Origin: Amoebidium appalachense
Lineage: Eukaryota; Protista; Ichthyosporea
Assembly: GCA_963693365.1 (NCBI GenBank)
Contig: CAVNZM010000002.1
Coordinates: forward strand, 9,149,059-9,213,058
Direction of reading: 5' to 3'
Length of the DNA stretch: 64,000 nt
The notes beneath the pieces were generated by a model that was not told where the DNA came from, searched no databases, and saw only the letters and a list, made by a program, of their open reading frames with translations. Both the position numbers and the translations under genes were made by a program. Shown here piece by piece: positions 15,582 to 27,488 of this stretch. Positions within the stretch are counted from its first letter, which is position 1; each line of letters starts with the position of its first letter.

Positions 15582-15924
15582 TATGTATGTTACCGTTGGG
15601 CGAAGAGACGGTGAATGAAGCCATGATCAGGGCCTCTTTGGGGTTGCTGTAGCGGTAGCTGAACTCGGTGATGTTGCGCGGGTGGATGACAGAGTAGAAG
15701 CGCCTGAAGCTGTACGTGTACGTGTGTGTGTGAGTAGGAGTGTGAGTGTGAATAGAAGTGCAAGTGTAAGTAGGAGTGCGAGTGTGTGTGTGAGTGTGTG
15801 ATTTGGTGGGTGTCAATGCATGGTATTAGTATTGGGTCTCCCCACTAAAAGCCCCCCCCCCCCCCCCTCCCCTCCCCTCCCCCCCCTTTCTCCCCCCCCC
15901 CCCCCCAAAAAAAAAAAAAAAGGT

Positions 15925-16001
<77 letters not shown>

Positions 16002-16760
16002 CGTGTGTGTGTGCGTGTGTGTGTGTGTGTGTTGATGTCTGCATTACGTGTGTGCGGATGTGTATGTTTGTGTCTAAGGCACTTGCCCTTTTGCGCTATG
16101 TTATGTTCGAGTAAGTGTACACATACGTTTGATAGCTGGCTTTTCAACTCGTGAGAGAGGCCCTTAACCTATGGAAAGTAGACAAAGCATACCAGAGTAT
16201 ACATCAGCATATACATGTGGACTAGGTGCAGGGATTCCCAGTGCACATACCCCATGACAACATGACAATGATCCAATCAAAATCAAGTGTCATCACGTGA
16301 CTTACCTGCCGGGAATCTCGGGCACCTTTACGGAGATAAGAACTTCATTTGGTACGGCACGTTCAGAGACAAACCTCAGACGGTCAAAGTTCATGTTTGC
16401 ACCAGACGTAACGGCCCTGCAAAAAAAAAAAAAAAATACACCGTTAATTGAAGGGGGGGGGGAGAAAAAAAAACCATGAGCATATTATGTTCCTGGTGTG
16501 GTTTTGTTGTGTTTTCCCATTAGCCTTCTTGGCTCTCCTGAAATAAATACCGCGGGAAGCATACGCCCCCTCATGGCTTTCTTCCTTTCCTGAAGCATAT
16601 ATCATCCGCAAACACATCATCCCTTGTGTTTTTTTGTTGTTTTTCACCGTTGTACGTCTGTTAATGCCTACCCTTGACTATCCATGAAACTATATACCAT
16701 ATGAAGTCCTGCCTGAAACCGCTCACAACCATGCAATGCTTCCGGCTTGTCCTTTTCAGC

Positions 16761-16791
<31 letters not shown>

Positions 16792-17256
16792 ATCTACCCA
16801 CACCCACACCCACACACACACACACACAAAAAAAATAAACAAACAAAAACCAAAAAAACAAACAAACATGACCTATGAAAGGCAGGCAAAATCAACGTAC
16901 ACGGGGAAAAAAAAAAAAAAAAAAGACGTCCTGAACAAGGCAGTTGAAGTCAGCAACATTACAAGTGCAGGGCTGCTGGGTTTTGAATAAATAGAAACAA
17001 CTCAGTGCTTGTGCTTGTGCTTGCGCCTGTGTGTGTGTGCGCGCGCGTGTGTGTGTGCATGTGTGTGTGTGTGTGTGTGTGTGTTTTGGAGGAGGAGGGG
17101 GGGGGGGGGCGGAGGGGGTAGGTGGGTGGATTGAAAGTGGAACAGCGTACCAAGTACAACTACACGGTGAGGAGCGCTGGGCAGGATGCCACGACACAGG
17201 ACAGAGGAGACACATGTATGGTATGCAAAGGAAAACATGAAGTGGTGATGGGGGTT

Positions 17257-17327
<71 letters not shown>

Positions 17328-17919
17328 TGGGGGGCAGGGGGGATGCATACACGAAATTCTGGCCGCTGGCACCTGTTTGCTGGATATATTTCTTCATGCC
17401 GGCCACACCCAACACCCCGGCAGGCTCCATCACTGTTCTCGTGTCTGTGCACCCCCCCCACATACAGGGTGAGTTTCTACCAATCACATGGACGGTTCAA
17501 ACCTTACAAATACATAGCACCCACGCACACACATGCGCACACATGCACGCACACACACGTCGGCCCACAAACACAGAAAAGCATCATCATCTCAAAAAAA
17601 AAAACACACACACACACACACACTCACCGTTGAAACCATCACGGATGGCGGCGCAAATTTCATCCGTGCTGCACGTCACCATGCCGTCAACCTATAAATC
17701 GTAACAACCCAATTAGGTATATCGGTCAGATCAAACATCGCACATACATGACACGAGGTTTTATGCAACATAGATAAAAGGACAGAGAAACACGTGATAG
17801 CGCAGATGTACACGGTGCAAATCCCCTCGAATCTGCTGAAGGGAAAAAGAAATCCAATGGCTGACTACACGTCGAAGACTATTCTAAAAGGCAAGAGTTT
17901 TCGACAGGGGACATCATGG

Positions 17920-17957
<38 letters not shown>

Positions 17958-18159
17958 TGTGTGTGTATGTGGGAGAGGGGGGGGGGGGGGGGGGGGGAGG
18001 GGGGAAGGGGAAGAGGGGGGGGGGGGGGGGGGGAGGGGGGGAGGAGATTAGATTGTGTTAAAGGTTAATGAGTACGAAGTACTCAGTCATAACGGACAAC
18101 ACGGTAGAGTGCAAATCGCACATAAAGAGTATACATAATGAGCAGAGTCCCACCGGGAA

Positions 18160-18203
<44 letters not shown>

Positions 18204-18345
18204 GAACAATTAGTGTCCAACGCCAAGCAGAACTACATACGAGAAGACGGGTAAAGCAAAAGATAACAAAGAAAGCACACGGCGCGGGGGATAAGGGTGG
18301 GTAGGTGGTGTGTGCATGTGTGTGTGTCTGTGTGTGTGTGATGGT

Positions 18346-18381
<36 letters not shown>

Positions 18382-18535
18382 AGGTACATATTGGGAAGCA
18401 ATACGGAAGTTCTCGACACCGACTTGCTTGACGGCAGCCCCGTCGGCAAACAAACCAACACTGTCCAACATCACACGCTGGCCTGCCGTGGAGAATATAT
18501 CAGGATAACGTTGCTTTTTTCCATCCCAGCCCATC

Positions 18536-18566
<31 letters not shown>

Positions 18567-18591
18567 CACCACCACCACACACACCCTACAG

Positions 18592-18623
<32 letters not shown>

Positions 18624-18677
18624 TACCCACCACCACCACCGCCACCACACACACACCCTACAGCCTCTCCCCCCCCC

Positions 18678-18708
<31 letters not shown>

Positions 18709-18787
18709 CCCTCCTTTTTTTCTCTTTTTCAGGGGGTGGTGATGGTGGTGGTGGGGTGGTTGTGGTTGTGGTTGTGATTGTGGTGGT

Positions 18788-18845
<58 letters not shown>

Positions 18846-18949
18846 CTGCATGTGCGTGTGTGCATGTGTGTGTGTGTGTCCGTGAATGTGCACGTGTATG
18901 ATGCACCTGTGTGCCTGAGCGCACACGTGTGTGTGTGTGTGTGTGTATG

Positions 18950-19017
<68 letters not shown>

Positions 19018-19765
19018 CGCTCGCACGCGCACACGCTTGTGGCTATGGCAGCGGGAGAAATGGGCTGATTTTTCATTTTCATTTCTGTTGTTAGAATTAT
19101 CATAACTATTGGTGGGGGAGGGGGGAGGGTTACCCTTTGCGAGAGAGAGAGTCATTGCAGCCGCATCCTCAGCCTCCACACCAATGATCTTGACTTGGGG
19201 CCGGATACGCTTGACATAGGCAGCAATGCCAGAGATCAGCCCACCTATTTGTAGTTAACTGGGTCAGAGTGATGTATGCACAAGGTTGTTTTCCCTCTCG
19301 GGCTGGAGAAAACGAAGAGAGATATACGTGAGATAGGTAACTCACAGCGTGTGCATGGACAGGGCGGTTGCTCTCATGCCAGATGGGGGGGGGGGGGACG
19401 GGGGGGGGACGGAGGGAGAGATATGTGTGAGATATGCAACCACACGAGGCTGCACGAACTTGAAGGTTGAATTTGCGCAAATCACACATTGTCATTCCAC
19501 GTTCCATGGAAATGAGACATCAATGACGTGGAGTAATGAAAAAATGAATTAACGGATAAAGCGAATCATCAGGGGGGTAGAGGGGAGGTAGGGGGGAGGG
19601 GGGCCAACGCAACTAGTACTTTGTATGTGCGTGTGTGAAACGTGTGTGTGTATGCGTACGTGCGTGCGTCCGCGCACGGGGGTGGACGTGTGTGGTTGCT
19701 TCTGATAGGAAACTAGTTCGTGCTGGCGGGCGGGCCTATGTGCGCATGTCATGTTTCTGTGTGTG

Positions 19766-19804
<39 letters not shown>

Positions 19805-21767
19805 CGTGTGTGTGTGGGTGTGTGGGTGGGTGGGTGTGTATGTGTGGGTGTGTGTGTGTATGTGGGGGAGGAGGGGGGGCGGGGGGAGCGGCCTTGTGTG
19901 CCTGTGTGTGTGTGTGGTAGCTTCCGACCGGAATGTACTGGTGCGGGCAGGTGGGGGGACCCATGTGTTTATGTGTATCATGTTCGCGTGCGTGCGCGTG
20001 TGCGCGGGTCTACATGCGTGTGGTTCTCATGTTTGTGTGTGCGCCATGGTTGTGTGTGTGTCATATGTGTCTGTGTGCGCAGGCCCGCCCGTGCGTGTGT
20101 GCATGTTCCTGTCGCTGTGTGTGTGTGTTTGCGCGTGTGTGTGTGCGTGTGTGCGCACGCGCGTCCGTGCTTGTGTGCATGTGCATGTACGTGTATATGT
20201 ACGTGTGCATGCGCGTGCATGTGTATGTGCGTGCGTGTATGCGTGTGCTTTTCTTTCTTTTTAGTGGGGGAGCATTACCGCCACCGACGCAAGCAAAGAT
20301 AGCATGTGGGGGGTTTGCCATCGTCTGCTTGATGATCTCCATGCCCACGGTGCCCTGTCCAGCAATCACATCGGGATCGTCGTAGGGGTGAATCATAGTG
20401 CGCCCCTGAAAGGAAAAAACCGGAAAATGTGAGTCTTGGGGAAAGAGGAGAGAGAGGGAGAAATAGCTACATATGCACACACACACACACACACACACAC
20501 GCACGCGCGCGCGCACACACACACACACAACCCAACCAATCGTGTGCAGGCATCTGCTTCCTCGCGCATCCCCTTCCAGCCCCCCCCGTACCCCGTACCC
20601 CGTACCCCGTACCCCGTACCCCTCCCCCCCCCCCCCCCCCCCCCCCCCCGTCCCCACCGACATTCGTGTCCATTCCCTCCTTTCTTCCCCTGTCGCCCTC
20701 ACCCCCCAAAAAACACATACACCTACACATATACTCATAGATCCCCCCCCCCCCCCCCCCCCCATCCCCCCCTCCCCATCCCACCTCAAACCACCAACCG
20801 CCTCCCCCCCCCCCCCCCCCCCCAAAAAAAACATCCATACCCACGTTCCCCCCCCCCCTCCCCCCCTCCCCCCCCCCCACACACCCCCACACCCCCACAC
20901 CCCCACATACACCTCCTGCTTCGTCAGGCAAATGGCCTCAGCACCCCGCTCCCCTCCCCTCCCCTCCTCTCGCACACACCCACCCACCCACCCACCCGCC
21001 TTCTCACACTCACATCCCATCCATCCACAACCACCACCCGTTCCATTCCCTCCCCCCCCCCCCCCTCTCCACCCACCCAACCATGCCCCCCCCCCCCCCC
21101 TCCTCTCCCCCCCCCCCCCCCCCCCCACACCTCCTTCATTAGGCACATGGCCTCAGCACTCCACCTCCCCCACCCCACCCCCCCCCCCCCCCCCCCCCCA
21201 CCACCACCACCACACCCACCCATCCCCCCCAACCCTCCCCTTCACACCCCTCACCCACCCTCCCCACCCACCCCACCCCTTCAAACCAACCAACCCACCC
21301 ATTCCCCCCACACCCATCCCTCCTCTCCCCACCCACCCCTCCCCCCACTCCCCCAAACAACCCCCTCCCCCACCACCACCGCCCACCCATCCCCCCCCCC
21401 TCCCCCCCCCCACTCACCCACCCATACACCTCCTTCATCAGGTGAATGGCCTCAGCATCCCCCTCCCCCTCCCCCCACCACCACCACCCATCCTCCCCCT
21501 CAACCCCCCTCCCCCCCCCCCCAAACACACACAGACACACACCTCCTCCTTCATCAGTCTGATGGCCTCTGCCTGGGCCTCGTCATAGTTGTTGCCGTGC
21601 AGCAGCACACGCACCTTACCCCCGTGCCTGCGCACACCATCCACCTTGATGGACGGGGTGGGCACAGGCATCACAATCACTGCATCCTGCTCGTCAAAAA
21701 AAAAAAAAAAAAAAAAAGGGAGGGAAGGAGGAGGGAGGAAGGGAGGTCAGGGGAGGGGGGAAGGGGG

Positions 21768-21804
<37 letters not shown>

Positions 21805-23686
21805 GGAAGGGGGGAGGGGAGGCGAGGCGAGGACATGTGTATGTGTGTTATGCGCGCGGGGGGGAGGGGGGGGGGTTTTGAATGCGGAACACGGTACAAA
21901 GTACGCATACACGACGAGAAGCATGGTGCAGGACACATGCAAAGGCAAACATTCAAGTATGCAACATCAGCCATGTGCACAGTATGCGTCATAAGCAGAG
22001 CCCATCCTCAGGGAGGACCCAAGGGAGGGGGGGGGGTGGAAGGGGGAAAGGGATGGGGGAGAGAAGGGGAGGAAGGGAGATATGTGGAGAAACGGGCGGG
22101 CACTATAGGGGAGGTGTGTGTGTGTGTGCGTGAACGTTTGTTTGGCAGGTTTGCAGAGGGAGGGAAGCCCGGGATAAGGGAGACGGGCGGGGGGAGGGGA
22201 GAGCAAGAGAGGGCGGGGGGGGGGGGGGGAGGGGGGAGGGGGGGGGAGGGGTTGAGCCAGAAAGCACTCGTTAGTATCAGATGTGATGAAAGAGAGGATG
22301 TTCATGGGCGTATACCACAGGGGTTGCTGATGTGTTAAATCACAACCCTGCGTATTTGAATATTTTCTAAGTTTCTCTACTACTCCCTTAGGCCTTAGAT
22401 CCGTCTATCCGTGCACATTTTCCTTCCTTCTTGTCCCAACTCCACGCGAGCCTCAACCCATCTCCTACTTCGATCCCAAATCATCCACCGATTCCATAGT
22501 ACCGAACTTCGCACATTCGCCTTGCGCACAAAGAGGTGTGAGTGCGTGTGTGTGTGTGGTGTGTGTGTGCGTGCGTGTGTGCGTGCGCGCGCCCGCACGC
22601 GCGTGTGTGTGTGGATGTTTATGTGTGCGTGTGCGCGTATGTGTGGTGGTGGTCTTGGTGGTGGTGGCGGTGGTGCGTGTGTGTGTGTGTGTGGGGGGGG
22701 GTGTTGGTTGTGATGCGTACAATGCCAAGGCGTGCCGCCGACATAGCCACACCCTGTGCATGGTTACCGGCCGAACAGCAAACAACACCCTTCTGGCTCT
22801 GTTCTGGCGACAGGTTCACCATCTTGTTATACGCCCCGCGCAGCTTGAAGGAGAACACGGGCTGAAGGTCCTCGCGTTTCAACAAAATGTTGTTGTTAAG
22901 TTGACTGGAAAGGCCCTTGGCGTGTTGCAGCGGCGTCTCGATGCAAACGTCGTATACTCGTGCGGTCAACACTCTCTGTGAAAAGGGGGGGGGGGGGGGG
23001 GGGGGGAGGGGGGGGGGGGAAGAGGAGGGGAAGAGGGTGTGGGGGTCAAAATGTGTTACAGTGGATACAAGATGCAGGGAGAGAGGGGGGGGAGGAGCGG
23101 GGGAGGGTCCGAGGGGGGATGTGTTAAAGAGTGCAAGGTACACATCTACGAACAATACAACATAGTTTGCAGACCACACAGTAAGGTCTTGCATCAGAAG
23201 CAGAACCAATCCCCACGGGGGGGGGGGGGGGGGGGGGGTCGTTCGCTACTTCCTCACATCTATTTCTTCACTGTTGTTGCGTGTGCACCAAGGCACATGT
23301 GGACGCATGTGTACATGTGAATATGGGATAGGGGAAAAGGCAAGGGGGCTAGGAGCAGCGAAAAGGTTTGGCTTTTTCCCTGTACGTGTCGGTGGGTGGG
23401 TGGAAGTGGCGTGTTGTGTTCGTATGCGTGAACCCCCTCCCCCCCCCCTGCCTCCTAAGGTGAGCCTCTGAGAATCAATGTGGCTATCCCAGGTATGTAT
23501 GCTTTATTCTAAGAACGAAGACGACGGTCTGTGTTTGAATGGTGCAATGTGGCAAAGGGATTGAATAGGAGCAAAATGAATGCGCATGATCCATAACACG
23601 GAGACCGTAAGTCAATGATAGCACAGTGTGCCTGAGCGTGCATGCATGCATGTGTGTTTGTGTGTGTACAGGTATGTGTATGACTG

Positions 23687-23739
<53 letters not shown>

Positions 23740-24571
23740 TCCTGTGTGTCTGTGTGTGTGTGTGTGTGTGCATGTTAGTGTTAGTGTACGTGATTGTGTG
23801 TAGGTGTACGTATGTGCTTGTGCGGTTGTGTGTGTAAGTTTATCTGTGCCAGCGTGTGCATGTGTGTCTCTCTTTCAACTTTCTCGGAAGTTTGCTAAGT
23901 TGTTGGTGTGAACATCCTTGGTTATCCCAGAGTAAATGCATCAAGGGTTCATTTCCCTGAAGTAAATTATGTTATCGGTGTACACTTACCCTCAAGTAGT
24001 CATCTGCTTGATCTACGACAGCCACTGGCTTGGGCTCGCGATTAGCTCCTTTTCTGATGGCAGTCTTGGTTGTTCGGATAGAGTGCTGCGAGGATTCAGA
24101 AACGTCTATATCAGCGAACCATTAGGTAAGAAAGTAGTCGGGAGGCATGTTCTGTATGCTTGGATCACGTTGAAAAATCACGTCTAGCCAGGCTCAAAGT
24201 CAAGAAAAACCGTGGCTGTCACACGAAAGCATCAATCATCTGCTGGCTTAAAGCAGAAAAATGCAGAAGTGCCCAAACCTTGGTGCATGCATCGTCCACC
24301 CCAAGTTATAGACTTGCTTGACCCTTCACGCACAAGCCCCTTACAACATACGTTTGAGGGCTCACTATACCTGCGCTCTCGGCTTCCACTCCTTAATTTC
24401 AGCAAAGTTCTCTATCAGGTTGGCCTTGGAGGGTGAAGCCTGGTCTGCTTTTGGCGTATCGTGCAAGCATCTTCTTGAATTTGCATTCCTAACAGCCTGT
24501 GCGACCCCTGCAAGCGCTGGACGCAAGCAGGACGCCTGCTTGGCAACCGCTACAGCAAGCACAGTTGCCAT
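12152..24571 (-). CDS. ILV1: threonine ammonia-lyase (biosynthetic threonine dehydratase), mitochondrial; 15 exons
   Basis: Exons 24571-24371, 24085-23990, 22975-22721, 21686-21543, 20405-20279, 19244-19134, 18482-18388, 17691-17628, 17444-17351, 16416-16306, 15709-15594, 14828-14716, 13804-13706, 12923-12870, 12256-12152; all GT-AG and phase-consistent. Motifs: [16 protein letters not shown] (PLP lysine), [41 protein letters not shown], and C-terminal regulatory repeats ([25 protein letters not shown]). N-terminus is presequence-like. Confidence 0.96.
12313..12544 (-). repeat. two copies of the intronic G-run-flanked repeat family (ILV1 intron 14)
   Basis: On +: ttgaatgcgtta...gagtatgcgtaacaagcagagcccatcctcagggg (12313-12420) and aatgtatta...gagtatgcgccagaagtagagcccattc (12436-12544). 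Confidence 0.75.
18061..18162 (-). repeat. intronic repeat family copy (ILV1 intron 7)
   Basis: acggacaacacg..agagtgcaaa...cataaagagtat...gcagag.ccca aligns with the 12313 copy. Confidence 0.7.
20911..21456 (-). repeat. three degenerate copies of the ILV1 exon-4 3' end plus donor site, inside intron 4
   Basis: 21428-21456 (AEAIHLMKE|gt), 21129-21158 (AEAMCLMKE|gt) and 20911-20943 ([10 protein letters not shown]|gt), versus the true exon end [10 protein letters not shown]|gt at 21543. Confidence 0.85.
21878..22013 (-). repeat. intronic repeat family copy (ILV1 intron 3)
   Basis: Closely matches 48667-48775 (ggacacatgcaaaggcaaacattcaagtatgcaacat) and ends aagcagagcccatcctcaggg like the 12313 copy. 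Confidence 0.85.
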
Positions 24572-24633
24572 GTTGTGACTATAGCTTCAGCAGGCAATCA
24601 ATTTGCCTTCAACTCTTCTTTCCCTTGCCAAAG

Positions 24634-24867
24634 GTATATATATATATACGAAACTCGTGTAAAAACAGCGCTCATCACCCTGCCCTAGAGGCGACAAACC
24701 AACTCTGTTGCATCAGATAGACGCCTAGAACTGCGGACTGCGGAGTGCGGTGCGCTGATCACGAGGGTTGCCCAACAGCAAAAAGCAGGCTGCCTCCTAT
24801 TGGTTAGTAAGTAGAAATGGCGTACTCTTATTGGATGTCATAGAGAGGAGGGCAATGCTTTTATTGG
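24634..24867 (-). promoter_or_regulatory. ILV1 promoter: TATA-like run plus three evenly spaced CCAAT boxes
   Basis: (TA)n at about 24634-24648; ATTGG at 24799, 24830 and 24863 (spacing 31 and 33 bp), reading CCAAT on the ILV1 strand. The region is divergent with GPATCH3. Confidence 0.55.
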
Positions 24868-26207
24868 ACTCTGTAGATGCTCGAATTCCACAAAAATTCC
24901 ACGGGAAAAGCAGGGGAAAGCATCGTTTGCATGAGAAACCGTGAGAAACATCAGTAGTTTTGTATTGAGCTGAGCAATGCTCGCGTATTATGTTGATGGC
25001 AACGTGAGTTTCAATGGCGAGGCCCTCTGATCTGGCAGAAGGTTCACATGGTTAAGGGATTCCTTTCAGTACAACCGGCATTCTATTAGTCGTTCACGTT
25101 TTGCCAAGTTAAGTTCTACCGAGATCTCTTCTAGATCTAGGTTGCATGGACATTTGGTTTCTAACGAGAGCTTCACGTCCATAGCATCGCAGCACTATAT
25201 AGAAATCCCACCACAGTAGTGCTATAGTGCTGTACGAATAATCGCAGTCCACTGAGCTTGTCATATGCAATGATAAATAGGTAATATTTTGTTTTGTGTC
25301 AACGGAACTTTGCCTCAAGCTTGCCCCTTAGCAAATCTGCTTCAGACATGTTGCAGGATCCGGCGAAACGCGGCCCTCAGCTCCCAGCCCCCCCTCCCCC
25401 CCCCTCCCCCCCCCCCCCCCCCCCTCCCCCTCTCCACCCCCCTCTCCCCGCCCCTCCCTCGCGCTCCCACTCGGCCTCCACTCACCTAAACTACTGCAAA
25501 CAGAGAGCAAGAAACCTCTGTCTTTTACCACCGTTATTTCTTTCTTGGTTTTGTCTCCGGAGCTGTTTTTGTGGTAACGTCTTCCAGCAGCAGCCGTTAC
25601 TGGTGTCTTGTTACCGGCCTGAACTAAAGAATGAACCTCAAGTTTAAGTTAAAGGCATGCACCGATGCACAAGCACATTCAATAATGAGTAGTTGTGTCA
25701 AAAACCGACCTCGACTGTGCCACGCAGCCGTGTGACACCCCTCATATACGCAGCTTGTGGAAAAAGAAAAGCATCCCGAGGCTTGTGTGTACAGGGCTCC
25801 AGCTCAACCTGTCCCATGGCTTGACTAATCCCCGAGTACGCATATGATGACGTCACTTTGAACCTAAGCCGTGTCGACAACACATACACCAGCGCCCCTG
25901 GGGCTAGTGTAGAGTACTACAACGTAGACTATTTCCCAGCATTACGCAACTCGTCAACCTTGGCCTTTTCGCATGTTGTAGCTTGGCGATGACGTTCTCC
26001 CTGTACACATCACAGGTATAAAAGTAGCAGGAAGAAGAGGAAAACCTCAATAAACACGGGCCTCTTGCAGAGCTTCGATGAATCGTTTGGTGTCTTTTCC
26101 ACACGTGTAGGATTAGATGAATCCAGCTAAGCAGAACGAACAAACTGTGACTCAGCGGCCTGGTGTTTAGGTTCCAAATTTGAGCTACACATTTTTTTGG
26201 TGTTTGT

Positions 26208-27357
26208 ATGCCCAGTCGCATGCTCATGGATTCAACAGGGTTAGACGCAGTGGAATACGTTCTTGTGGCAAACATTCCCCATCGGTTCAAAGCTGCAGAT
26301 CTGCGCTCTTTTTTTGCTGACTTGACAGAGGCGGGTGCTTTTTCAAGCTTCCACTACCGCCACCGCACCTATACGCCGGTGGGTTGCACCTGTTGTTTTG
26401 TGCCGGGACGTAGAGGAGGAGGGAGGGGGGTGGGGGGAGGGGAAGGAGGGGAGGGAGGCGGGGAGGAGAAGTAGGGGTGAAATGGGTAAGAGGTGGACTT
26501 TTTTCTCGCATATTTTGGGTGAGGGCAGGTGGTTGAGCTGCTACACCTGCGTGTAATTCTGCGTGTGTGTGTGTATGTGTGTGCGCGTGCGTGTGTGTGC
26601 GTGTGCCTGCTTGTGTACGTCTATGTGTGCCCTTCACTCCCAACCACTCCTCGCTCTCTTTCTGTGTGTGCGTGTGTGTTGTGTGGGCGTGTGTTTGGTT
26701 GTGTGTGGTTCTGTGGTGTCGTCACGTCTTTGTGTGTGCCGGGGATGGTTAATTAAGAAAGGGCAAGGGTGAGAGGTGTGTGCGGGTGTTCTAGCACGCG
26801 AGTGCGGGTACAAGTAAACACCCGTTTATGTGGGCCGTGCATGTGCCGTATTTGTGGGTGGTGTTGCCCGTGTTTTCTCACACAGCAAGTGTTGTGTGGA
26901 AGCTCTTGTCTGTTTTGGAATTCTGTGCACTTGTAGGTTTTGCACATCATGAAAATGATAGAACATATCCCAGTGCCTGATCCTCAGCCTCGTTGTGTCT
27001 TAGTGTAGGCCTAGGGGATATGGCAAAAGGGGGAGGGGCTGCCGGGGAAGGGGGAGGGGGGTGGAGGGGGGGGGGGGGGGGGGCAGGTGGCGTGTTTTGT
27101 GGACAAGTGCATGTGTGTATTTTCACAATCCCCTTTTCATGAAAAGACGTTGGTGTTCACGCGTCCGTTGTTTTTCCTCTTCGTAGGATACCTTTAAGAC
27201 AAGGAATTGGGGCAGTTTTTTTTTGGGCATATGGTTTTCAGTGAGGTAACGGTGGATCTATACTCATATGCACAAGAGCGTTTGTTCTACTTCGTCGGCA
27301 CCGGTAAACGGACAGGGATAATAGTGTCCGTCCACCCCCTCCCCCCCCCCCCCCCCT

Positions 27358-27393
<36 letters not shown>

Positions 27394-27434
27394 CCCCCCC
27401 CCCCCGTTCCCCCCTTGTCAAGGGGGAATGGGTC

Positions 27435-27488
<54 letters not shown>

